DNA of 64,000 bases. It comes from an uncultured Spirochaetota bacterium (GTDB lineage: Bacteria > Spirochaetota > Brevinematia > Brevinematales > JAOACQ01). The stretch is from positions 992,001 to 1,056,000 of the forward strand of contig CAVYGN010000002.1 in the NCBI GenBank assembly GCA_963768055.1, read 5' to 3'. A program made the translations under genes and the position numbers. This document shows positions 53,584-62,692 of the stretch, in pieces; positions within the stretch are counted from its first letter, which is position 1, and each line of letters starts with the position of its first letter. Under the pieces are notes generated by a model that was not told the DNA's origin, made no database searches, and saw only the letters and a program-made list of their open reading frames with translations.

Positions 53584-54990
53584 ATGCAACTAAATAGCTT
53601 GCATAGAGTAAGCGATTATGAATGGATGATTCCAAAACAAGACGCTATGATCGTGGACGGAATTATTATTGGAAGCCGTTTAATTGTAGAAAATATGGAG
53701 GAAGCCGTTTATCTGCAATTGAAAAAAGTCGCTTCCCTTCCGGGTATACTTGAGAAAGCGATTGCGCTCCCGAACGCCCATGCCGGGAACGGCTTTCCGG
53801 TCGGTTGTGTAGCGGCATTTGATCCTAAAGAAGGGGTCATCTTCATAGAAGGGGCCGCATATGATTTTAATTGTGGGGATAGGCTTGTTACCACTAACCT
53901 GATCTATCAGGACATAGAAAAGAAGGTAGATACACTGATCAAAGCTTTTTTTAAGACAATCCCAACCGGTGCGCTGACTACAGGCAAACTTACCCTCTCA
54001 AGGAAAGAACTCAGGGACCTTATGGCTGAAGGAGCGAAATGGGTAATTAACAACAGAGGAATGGGAAAAGAAGACGAGCTTGAATATATTGAGGACTTCG
54101 GGTTTACCGGCGGCGCAGACCCGGATGATGTCAGCGAGGAAGCCATAAAAAAGGAAAAGAACAATCTCGGAACGATGGGAGCCGGAAATCATTTTCTCGA
54201 ACTGCAGGTTGTGGACGAGGTTTTCGATATTGAAAAAGCAAGGGTATTCGGCCTTTTCAAAAACCAGGTTGTGGTAACTTTTCATGCAGGTTCGAGGGGG
54301 CTGGGAAACCAGATCGGTATCGATTATCAGTCGCTTTTCAGGAATAAAAAATCAGAAGACCCTATTTATATTCCGGCTGATTCGGAAGAAGGCAGGAGGT
54401 ATTTAGGAGCAGTCCGATGTGCTTTTAATTACGCTTTTGCAAACAGGCAGGTGATAAGTCATGCGGTCCATAACGTTTTTAACGATATTATAAAAGATGT
54501 AGATACTAATACTATGTATGATTTAGGACATAATACTATAAAAGAAGAAATCCATAAAATAGGTGCTTCAAAAAGGGCTGTCCTTATTCATAGAAAAGGC
54601 AGCACAAGGAGCTTTTCAGGTAAAATGCCGGAGATAGCCCGGCCGTACAGGGTATCCGGGCAGCCTGTAATTGTCGGGGGTTCGATGGGGACTTACAGTT
54701 ATGTTCTCGCAGGCAGGGAAGATGCAATCGAAAGGACATTTGCATCGACTGTTCATGGTTCTGGAAGAACTATGTCGCCTGCCGATGCAAAAAAGTTATC
54801 GGATTTTGACAATCTAAATGAAGATCTTTTAAAAAAAAATATATTCCTTAAAACGAAGAATAAAGAAGGTGCTGTCGAGGAAGCGCCCTATGCTTATAAG
54901 GACATTGAAGAAGTAATACAATCTATAAGCAAGTCAGGGCTTTCACAGAGAGTGGCAAGGCTTAAACCCATAGGGGTAATCAAGGGTTGA
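53584..54990 (+). CDS. rtcB: RtcB-family RNA ligase (long archaeal-like type)
   Basis: DFNCG, GNHFLE, HAGSRG, HN, HRKG, HGSGR, EEAPYAYK; GGAGG RBS before ATG 53584. Confidence 0.9.
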   Translation: MQLNSLHRVSDYEWMIPKQDAMIVDGIIIGSRLIVENMEEAVYLQLKKVASLPGILEKAIALPNAHAGNGFPVGCVAAFDPKEGVIFIEGAAYDFNCGDRLVTTNLIYQDIEKKVDTLIKAFFKTIPTGALTTGKLTLSRKELRDLMAEGAKWVINNRGMGKEDELEYIEDFGFTGGADPDDVSEEAIKKEKNNLGTMGAGNHFLELQVVDEVFDIEKARVFGLFKNQVVVTFHAGSRGLGNQIGIDYQSLFRNKKSEDPIYIPADSEEGRRYLGAVRCAFNYAFANRQVISHAVHNVFNDIIKDVDTNTMYDLGHNTIKEEIHKIGASKRAVLIHRKGSTRSFSGKMPEIARPYRVSGQPVIVGGSMGTYSYVLAGREDAIERTFASTVHGSGRTMSPADAKKLSDFDNLNEDLLKKNIFLKTKNKEGAVEEAPYAYKDIEEVIQSISKSGLSQRVARLKPIGVIKG

Positions 54991-54992
54991 AT

Positions 54993-55637
54993 ATGTTCTT
55001 AGATGTTTTACCGGCAGGTATTTATGGCATTACAGCCGAAGAGTATTCAAATGGACGCAAAAATATTGAAGTGGTCAGGGAAATGGTTAAAGGGGGGGTT
55101 AAAGTCGTCCAGTACAGGGAAAAGGGTGATAAGCCGTTACGCCTGAAATTTGACGAATGCATGGAAATCCGTAAAATAACAAAGGGTGAAGGCGTTATTT
55201 TTATAGTTAATGATTTTATCGACATTGCCCTTGCTGTTGATGCGGATGGAGTCCATATCGGCCAGGACGATATGCCCTTCGGCGCAGTCAGGAAACTTTT
55301 GGGGAAAAAGATCATCGGGATTTCAACCCACAGCAGGAACGATGCGATTGCAGCTGTGCAGGCCGGTGCAGATTATATAGGTGCCGGGCCGGTCTACAAG
55401 ACTTTTACGAAAAAACACGAGGGAGGGCCTGTTGGCCTTGGATATCTGGATTTTGTTATAAAAAATATCCCGATACCTTGTGTCGCGATCGGCGGTATAA
55501 AAGAAGATAATCTTGAAGAAGTTTTAAAAACCGGTGTTAAGACTGTTGCGCTTGTCACGGAGATTGTAGGCGCTCCGGATATTTGTAATAAAGTGATTAG
55601 TTTGAACAGACTTCTGACCAGATTTCAAATTTCCTAG
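54993..55637 (+). CDS. thiE: Thiamine-phosphate synthase
   Basis: QYREK, IVND, GVHIGQDD, GISTH, TFTK, AIGGI. Confidence 0.93.
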   Translation: MFLDVLPAGIYGITAEEYSNGRKNIEVVREMVKGGVKVVQYREKGDKPLRLKFDECMEIRKITKGEGVIFIVNDFIDIALAVDADGVHIGQDDMPFGAVRKLLGKKIIGISTHSRNDAIAAVQAGADYIGAGPVYKTFTKKHEGGPVGLGYLDFVIKNIPIPCVAIGGIKEDNLEEVLKTGVKTVALVTEIVGAPDICNKVISLNRLLTRFQIS

Positions 55638-55651
55638 TGATGAGGTGTTTT

Positions 55652-57469
55652 ATGGATACTATTAATAATGAAGAAAAGATGACTCCGGCAGTCTGGCTTA
55701 TGGTTATATTGATCATCATCCTGTCTGTTATCCCGTTTATTTCCAATTATAAATACTGCGATAATCATAATAACTGGCTGAACCATGATTATTGTAAATA
55801 TCTCATGTCTTCAACGGAAGAAGGGTCTATTTATATGACCGAAGGCGGGGATAACCAGGTTTTTGGCAGCCTTTACTTTACCTATGCGGAAAAACTCAGG
55901 CCGGACATTACCCCATACGACCAGAAAGGAAATATTTTCAAAAAGATATACGGGGACATGAGATATATTAGCGACCCTGAGACACTGCCAAGAAGGATGA
56001 ATTTAGTCGATTCTCATCTTTTTGAAAGCGAACAGCCTTTTTACGAAGATTTGAGAAATTCCGCGGATCCTTATTTTATACCTTACTGGCAGGGAAAAAG
56101 ACCGGTATATTTATTATGGCAGAGGCCTGACCCCTGGCAGCTCGGGGATTATTATTATAAACGTTTCGGTACTTATATGTATAAGGTGCAGGATATTGCG
56201 TTTTCTCTGGTCGATTATCTTGAGCTGAAAGGATCGGTTTCTATCAAAGAAGCGCAGGACCAATTCTCGGGATGGCTCCACCGGACGGTAGATATTAATT
56301 ACACCATCGATAAAATACATCCCATGGAAAAAGCGGGATATTTGAAGATGGAAGGCAACAGGGTTTATTTTGTGAAAATGTATCCGGCTCCTCATCAAGG
56401 AGATTACTTCAACGATTATCTTTTGCGCTGGCATCAGACCCCTAACGCGAAATACTGGGATTATCTTTCCAGGGAGATAATTGTTACCTATGATTACACG
56501 ATGGGTGAGATATACAGGGATAAGATCAATGAACTCCAGGCTGTTAAATCCAATGAGACTCGCAAGGGAATCCTTACCGAAATAGATAAGGAGATAAATG
56601 AAAACTGGCAGAAAGCCAAAGAATACTTCAATGACGCCCTCACATACGGAGGCGATTTTAATTCAACCCTTCATAATATAGCTGTTGTTTTTATGAGAAA
56701 CGGGATTGAAGATATGAATGGCAGGGCGAGGGAACTGCTTACCAGGGCCCTTACACTTTATCAAAATCAATGGAGCACATATTATATTACATTGACATTC
56801 CTGGTTCTTGATTCTTTTAAAACCCCCGGTCATGAGGAAGAGAATATCAGGGAAGCGGATAAATGGATTGCCCAGCTCAAGGGTGAAGCGCAGCATTACT
56901 CCTCGGATAAGACAAGAGATTCCATCCTTAAAAATTTTGAAGGCCTTGAAAGGTTTTATGACTCCCTGAAAATGACCTCCACAGCACGGCTTGATGCGGC
57001 GGCTTTATCGTTTTCAAACGAGATTAAGAACAATCCTGCACAGGTAGATGCCAACCAGGCTGAAAATGTCATCGACCTTCTGTATTCACGCGGCCTGCCG
57101 TTTCAGTATCAGCCGTATATAATAATGGCTGATGAGCTCTTTAACGAGATGATAACGCTGAAGAGAGGAGATTACCCTTATCTTTACAGGGCGTTTATGG
57201 TGGCTTTCCAGACCCAGAGGCTGGAAAAGGCTTATAGCCTGGGCAGGGATATTGAGGCCCACACTTCATACAGCGGCGACTTTTCATTCAATTATTACAT
57301 GGGTGTGATCAGTTATTATCTGCATAGATACGATGATTCCGTGCGTTACCTGAACAGGTTTAACGACCTAGTAGGCTTGAGCAGGGAAAATATGATGAAG
57401 GCTGGCGAAATGGTTAAAAACGCTACAGAAATATTGAACCAGATCAAAACGGAAGAGAAGATCAGGTAG
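55652..57469 (+). CDS. Membrane-anchored protein resembling the extracytoplasmic C-terminal part of DUF2723/TMEM260 proteins, with TPR-like tail
   Basis: One N-terminal TM; DYCKYLMSS...SIYMTEGGDNQVFGSLY...LRPDI; helical C-terminus. Confidence 0.6.
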   Translation: MDTINNEEKMTPAVWLMVILIIILSVIPFISNYKYCDNHNNWLNHDYCKYLMSSTEEGSIYMTEGGDNQVFGSLYFTYAEKLRPDITPYDQKGNIFKKIYGDMRYISDPETLPRRMNLVDSHLFESEQPFYEDLRNSADPYFIPYWQGKRPVYLLWQRPDPWQLGDYYYKRFGTYMYKVQDIAFSLVDYLELKGSVSIKEAQDQFSGWLHRTVDINYTIDKIHPMEKAGYLKMEGNRVYFVKMYPAPHQGDYFNDYLLRWHQTPNAKYWDYLSREIIVTYDYTMGEIYRDKINELQAVKSNETRKGILTEIDKEINENWQKAKEYFNDALTYGGDFNSTLHNIAVVFMRNGIEDMNGRARELLTRALTLYQNQWSTYYITLTFLVLDSFKTPGHEEENIREADKWIAQLKGEAQHYSSDKTRDSILKNFEGLERFYDSLKMTSTARLDAAALSFSNEIKNNPAQVDANQAENVIDLLYSRGLPFQYQPYIIMADELFNEMITLKRGDYPYLYRAFMVAFQTQRLEKAYSLGRDIEAHTSYSGDFSFNYYMGVISYYLHRYDDSVRYLNRFNDLVGLSRENMMKAGEMVKNATEILNQIKTEEKIR

Positions 57470-57857
57470 ATGCCGGCCATGAGGACTCGACATGGACTTC
57501 GATGCCCCCGCGATTGTTCCATTCAGCGCTAATGCTGATCCGGCGCGGTTTAACAGCCGCGACGAAATCATCGAGTATCTTATTTGTAGCGTTCTCCTGG
57601 AAAATCCCTATATTCCTGTAACCGGTAAGGTATAGTTTAAGCGACTTTTCCTCAACCAGAAGCTTATCCGGCACATAAATAATTGTCAGTTTAGCGTAAT
57701 CCGGGAGCCCGGTTTTGGGGCAGATGGTTGTAAATTCGTCTGTCTTCAATTCTACAGTGTAATCCCTGTCCGAATATATATTTTCAATTACTTCAAGCCC
57801 TGGAGTTATTGCAAGGTCTCTTATACGGCCCTGGCGGTTTCGATAAGAGGAATTCAT
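57462..57857 (-). CDS. queF: PreQ1 synthase (7-cyano-7-deazaguanine reductase), type I
   Basis: EFTTICPKTGLPD, EEKSLKLYL, RGGI. Confidence 0.9.
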   Translation of the reverse strand: MNSSYRNRQGRIRDLAITPGLEVIENIYSDRDYTVELKTDEFTTICPKTGLPDYAKLTIIYVPDKLLVEEKSLKLYLTGYRNIGIFQENATNKILDDFVAAVKPRRISISAEWNNRGGIEVHVESSWPAST

Positions 57858-59251
57858 TATTTCTGTTCTCCTTGTTTATTTATTAATACACTTCTTAAGT
57901 AAACTTTCAATTCATCGACAATATTTTTAGGTTTGTATCTGCTATTTTCTAAACTATAATCCACATTAATTGATTTATCCAGGAAAATACTATCAGGATT
58001 ATCGGAAGTAAAAGTTATATGGCTTTCCCTGATTTCAATTGGCGGGACTATTATTTTTTTAAGCCCTTTTTCTTTCGCCTCCATAATTATTTTTTGTCTG
58101 TCAGACATCTGTTTTGCTAAAAAATAATTACTGAATAATCCCAGAGTGCAATCCACCGCCAGGATGCTCATAAGGGAGACGGTAATGATTTCATTTATTT
58201 TTTCTTTATTAAAGGCTTTGAGATTCTTAACATTTATATTCAATAAACTCATAAAGGAGAGTGTGATGAAAATTATAAAAAAATACATAGGTCTCTGGCC
58301 GCCGAAAGGGAAAAGAATTACTAGAAGGATACTGACAAATGCTGTTATCAGCCAGAGTATAGAATCATTCATCCTGTCTCTGGTAATTTTGCCGTTTAAT
58401 ATGAACGAAGTCAATACAATAACTACAAGCCATATCCAAAATGACTCCGCACCATATCCTATTACGTAAATAATAAAATCTCCGATTTGTTTGGCAAGCT
58501 TTCCGAATAAATTTTCATTAATCGAGAAAGCGCCCATTCTTTTATAATTTCCAGGAGCTAAGAACGATATTAATCCCCCGATAATAAAGGAAGCAAACCC
58601 GAAATATAAATAATACGGCACCTTTTTCTCAATATTTTTAAACCATAAAATATAAGCAACCCAGACTCCCATTAAGAAGCCGATACTGATGACTACCTGT
58701 TCGTGCGACAGCCCGGCTATTATTCCCGCAAATATTATGAGAATACTGTATAATATTTTATCGGGAAAAACCGATTTTCCGGATTTATACCACAAAACAA
58801 AAGGGGTTATAAATATCAAACCGAAAAGCATAGGCCAGAGATAGGAACCCGAGCCGGATCTCCAAAAAACACATTCTCCTAAAGCAGGCATTCCGAACCA
58901 GACTGCTGAAAAAGCCATTAAAAAAATCATTCTGTCGTAAGAAAATATATCGGGAAATCTTCCAAGCGCACAGATTATAATTATAAAAATTGAGGCTAAA
59001 AAAGCGGCTCCGTTTAAAGCGCCTGATAGATAATGGAAAAAATCATTATATGTGCTGAATTTCATTATAAATAAATTTAAAACCCTTCCGCTCCAGTTCA
59101 TATATGTATTGGATAATATCTGAAAAAAATGCTGCTCGTGAAACTGATCATAATAGCCGTAATCATCCGCCATCCTCGGCTGTAATGCTCCGATTGAAAG
59201 AACAATAATAAAAATGATTATCAGAAAAATATTATTAAAACTATTTTTCAT
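57857..59251 (-). CDS. Polytopic membrane protein, GT-C-like (DUF6056-type)
   Basis: ADDYGY after first TM, YMNWSGR, FWRSGS..YLW, APGNYKR. Confidence 0.7.
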   Translation of the reverse strand: MKNSFNNIFLIIIFIIVLSIGALQPRMADDYGYYDQFHEQHFFQILSNTYMNWSGRVLNLFIMKFSTYNDFFHYLSGALNGAAFLASIFIIIICALGRFPDIFSYDRMIFLMAFSAVWFGMPALGECVFWRSGSGSYLWPMLFGLIFITPFVLWYKSGKSVFPDKILYSILIIFAGIIAGLSHEQVVISIGFLMGVWVAYILWFKNIEKKVPYYLYFGFASFIIGGLISFLAPGNYKRMGAFSINENLFGKLAKQIGDFIIYVIGYGAESFWIWLVVIVLTSFILNGKITRDRMNDSILWLITAFVSILLVILFPFGGQRPMYFFIIFITLSFMSLLNINVKNLKAFNKEKINEIITVSLMSILAVDCTLGLFSNYFLAKQMSDRQKIIMEAKEKGLKKIIVPPIEIRESHITFTSDNPDSIFLDKSINVDYSLENSRYKPKNIVDELKVYLRSVLINKQGEQK

Positions 59252-60512
59252 TAATAATAGTCCCTTTAATTTCAAGGGTATTATCATAATCCGACTGCAA
59301 CTCCTGATTTTGAGAAAGACCGGCGATAATCCAGAAAAATACCCCTATTGGAACGGCATAGAAAACAGCATCGTATAATGAACTTATAAAAAAGGCGGTT
59401 AAAAAAGTGAAAGCGTTTAGATTGATCGGATTCCAGCCCCTGCTCCTTTTTTTAATAATTGAAATATACAGCAATATTAGAAATCCGAAAAAGCCGATGA
59501 AGCCTAATATCCCCGTTTCGATTAGAATGGCAAGATACGTATTATGGATAAAAGAATTTGCGGTATAAATAAACAGACCGGGGTATTTTTTGTTAAATTC
59601 CACCTGAAAATTCAAAAGCCCGATCCCCAGCAGAATATTGTTTTTTGAATATATTTTCAGGCCCTCTTTATACTGAAATAAACGGGAAGGCACATTGGGC
59701 GAATTCAGAGGATCCTCAAAGGTTGAAATAATTTTATCACCCTTAAAAATCAGAAAAAATACGGCAATGGCGACAAGGAAATATAAAATAATATATTTTC
59801 TTGTCAGGATAAAACTGAGAATTGATACGACAATTACTGACACAACTGCTGCGCGTGTAAAGGTGAGATAAAGGGTGAGAAGCGATATAAGAATAGCCGC
59901 AACAAGGACTGTATTTTCAAACATGTTTAATTTATTGTATTTAATGATAAAAAAAGTTAGTATGAAAGTCAAAACGATAAAAATAAGGTTCCCTCCGCGC
60001 CATGGATGCTGGAAAACCGAGTTGAGGGGATGATTTGTAAAGTCTGTCTGGGGCTCTAGGGTATAATAATGCTGGCCGAAGAGATTTATTTCGATATTTT
60101 GCCTGATTATGAAGTAATGTATAAGGGCAAAACCGCAAGCGACAATCAGGGAAACCGATATGGCGTAAATTATTTTTTTATACTTCTTTTTATCGAGCGG
60201 CATCAGCTTAAAAAATAAATAAACCAGTATATAAAAGCAAAAAACCCCGAAGCCCTGCCAGGCATAGTATGGATTTATAGAAAATATTGTGCTTAAAAGG
60301 AGCGAAAAGATGAAGAAGGCGATAAAATAATCATGAAGTTTAAATGAAATGGATAAATATCCTTTTGTTTTTATATAATATATTATGAAAACGATGAGGG
60401 AACAGGCGAGAAAGAAGAAAAACGGCGCTGCGAATATGCAGAAGAAAAAAGAAATCAGCAGCAGTATATAGTAGATCTTTTCAGACGATAATGGCTTATT
60501 TATCTTTTCCAA
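59241..60512 (-). CDS. O-antigen ligase / Wzy_C-family membrane protein
   Basis: LTFTRAA, R...Y..G, LLGIGLLNF, HNTYL.ILIETGILG. Confidence 0.85.
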   Translation of the reverse strand: MEKINKPLSSEKIYYILLLISFFFCIFAAPFFFFLACSLIVFIIYYIKTKGYLSISFKLHDYFIAFFIFSLLLSTIFSINPYYAWQGFGVFCFYILVYLFFKLMPLDKKKYKKIIYAISVSLIVACGFALIHYFIIRQNIEINLFGQHYYTLEPQTDFTNHPLNSVFQHPWRGGNLIFIVLTFILTFFIIKYNKLNMFENTVLVAAILISLLTLYLTFTRAAVVSVIVVSILSFILTRKYIILYFLVAIAVFFLIFKGDKIISTFEDPLNSPNVPSRLFQYKEGLKIYSKNNILLGIGLLNFQVEFNKKYPGLFIYTANSFIHNTYLAILIETGILGFIGFFGFLILLYISIIKKRSRGWNPINLNAFTFLTAFFISSLYDAVFYAVPIGVFFWIIAGLSQNQELQSDYDNTLEIKGTIINEK

Positions 60513-60609
60513 TTTGCTTTCCTTAATATGTAATTAAGAAGATATTTTAATGATAATATGTAAAAAAGTGAACTATTCAGGGGGTATAAATAATGTTTTT
60601 GAACGGCCC

Positions 60610-61335
60610 CTAATGTAACTGCAGCTTTATCTTCATCGGCGCCTGGGGCAGATCGAAAGGATCCCCCGGGGCATTTCCTTCTTCGACAACAGTTCCCTGG
60701 TTTTTTTTAAGTTCAACTTTCTTTCCACCGGACATCACTTCGGCGCTGCCGCTTACGACCGATATGCGGGTTACACTCCCTTTATTTTCAACACTGAACC
60801 GGTCCCCGCCCCGGATAGTTACTCCGCTTGCCGTATTAACTTCCAGGGGAGTATTTGCGAAAATCCTTCCGGATTTTATAATGACTGACGGCAGGGGGTC
60901 TATACTTCTGCTACCTTCAGAATTCCCCAAAGAAATTTCCGAATTTTCATAAATCCTGATTTTTTTTGATGAAGATAATTGTATATCGACCTGCGACGAT
61001 GAAGATGTCTTTAATTGATCATGCTCATAAACGGTTTGCCCGGGTTCCATACCGATCCAATTTGAATCGGATAAGATAAAAGTTTTAAGTGTATTCGGAA
61101 GAAAAGCTATTGTTCCGAAGATTATTTTACCCTCTGTCTTCAAATTCGTTTTGATTGACGGAATTCCGGCATTTGTCAGCAAATTTGTCTGGACCTGTTT
61201 TAATATATTTTGAGGAACCTCCTGAACATTCACCTGGTGTGAATAATAGATCAGGAAAATATTCAATGAAATCCAGATAAGCGATGCCAGTGATAGTAAA
61301 ACAATCAAAGTGTAGCGGTTAAGGTTTTTTTTCAT
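60610..61335 (-). CDS. FecR-domain membrane-anchored protein
   Basis: N-terminal TM; DQLKT, IRIYENSEI, VTIRG, VVSGSAEV. Confidence 0.75.
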   Translation of the reverse strand: MKKNLNRYTLIVLLSLASLIWISLNIFLIYYSHQVNVQEVPQNILKQVQTNLLTNAGIPSIKTNLKTEGKIIFGTIAFLPNTLKTFILSDSNWIGMEPGQTVYEHDQLKTSSSSQVDIQLSSSKKIRIYENSEISLGNSEGSRSIDPLPSVIIKSGRIFANTPLEVNTASGVTIRGGDRFSVENKGSVTRISVVSGSAEVMSGGKKVELKKNQGTVVEEGNAPGDPFDLPQAPMKIKLQLH

Positions 61336-61338
61336 AAT

Positions 61339-62484
61339 TTATTCCCCTAAAGGATAAACCATCCACATTATGACGGACCTGTCTTCAGAAACCTCAATTT
61401 TCCAGGTTTTTTCGGAACTGTTTTCAAATATATCATCGGCTATGACTTTCAGGGTATGAGATCCGTTTTTAATGTATCTTAAAGACATCGGCATATTTTT
61501 ATTCGTAATGCCGTCAATGACCGTGAAAAACTGGAATACTCTGGTATCGTCGGTAATTTTCAAATTTATTATGCTGTCTCCATATGACCTGGTAGCAAAT
61601 CGTATTTCTTTTTTATTAAGATAGAGTTTTATTTCAGGCGGCTCGGTATCGACATAAAAAGTTTTAACGAGCCTGTTTTCATAATTCATAACGTTCACTG
61701 AAAATGAAACGACTTTTAATATATTTGTATCTTTTGTTACGGTATAAAATGAGCTGTCGACCTTTCTTTGATTTACCCCGAAATAGCTGTCGCATGAAGA
61801 CCATCTGTCCCTGCAGATAAAATCGATCCGGCTTCCGGGGTAAAGATATGTTTTATCCCCGAAAATAATAAAACTTTCAGGGTTAATATCCAGGTCCGGT
61901 GGCGAATGTTCGACTAAAAATCTTACAGAGGAAATTTTACTCTCTTTTCCAAGCGGATTGATAAGTTTATAGAAAAGAGTATGATACCCTTCATCCAGAG
62001 GGGTTGTATCGATTCGGATTTGAAAGCCTTTAACCTCTTTGAAATCCAATGGAATATCAAGAGAATAAAATAATGTCGAGTTAAAATTGACCGGACTGTT
62101 GGAAGAAATATCGCAATTCCATTTCAATATATTTGTACCTTCAGGGAACTCATTTTCGGATGAAGCCGGCGGTTTGACTCCGGTAAGTTTTCCTCTTCCG
62201 TTGTTGCCTTCCTCTGCTACTGTGAATTCGACCGGGTCTGAAAAAAGGCCTTCAATGCCATTTAATACCGGAGCGATTTTTAAAAAATAATGGCCGGGCT
62301 GTAAATCTATTATATAATTTGTAGTATTTATCAGATCGTCAGTGACTGGAAAGTAAAATGAAGAATTTGTAGCAATTATTATGCGGTATTGAGGAGCGCT
62401 GTTAGGCCATTTGTATTCGACAATTACGGACTGAAGGAAAGAAGGAATAACCGGAATTAATAAAAGCAAAAAAAGTCTTTTCAT
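61339..62484 (-). CDS. Exported Ig/FnIII-like repeat protein
   Basis: Signal peptide; LQPGHY, EGYHTL, VDTEPP, GSHTLKV.A.D..EN. Confidence 0.65.
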   Translation of the reverse strand: MKRLFLLLLIPVIPSFLQSVIVEYKWPNSAPQYRIIIATNSSFYFPVTDDLINTTNYIIDLQPGHYFLKIAPVLNGIEGLFSDPVEFTVAEEGNNGRGKLTGVKPPASSENEFPEGTNILKWNCDISSNSPVNFNSTLFYSLDIPLDFKEVKGFQIRIDTTPLDEGYHTLFYKLINPLGKESKISSVRFLVEHSPPDLDINPESFIIFGDKTYLYPGSRIDFICRDRWSSCDSYFGVNQRKVDSSFYTVTKDTNILKVVSFSVNVMNYENRLVKTFYVDTEPPEIKLYLNKKEIRFATRSYGDSIINLKITDDTRVFQFFTVIDGITNKNMPMSLRYIKNGSHTLKVIADDIFENSSEKTWKIEVSEDRSVIMWMVYPLGE

Positions 62485-62692
62485 ATTGAGAAGGAAACCT
62501 CTCGATTGGTTATATTACTCTATTATAAAGAGATAAATTTGTCAATTTAATTTCTTACTATACATGTCCCCGTTTCACCGAAGGTTGTGAAGCGCCCAAA
62601 ACGAAAATACTAAAATTCAGCTTTAATTTTTGCATAATTTCATTCTTTTTTATACAATAATAGATTGTTTATTCCTTTAACCGGAGATTATA

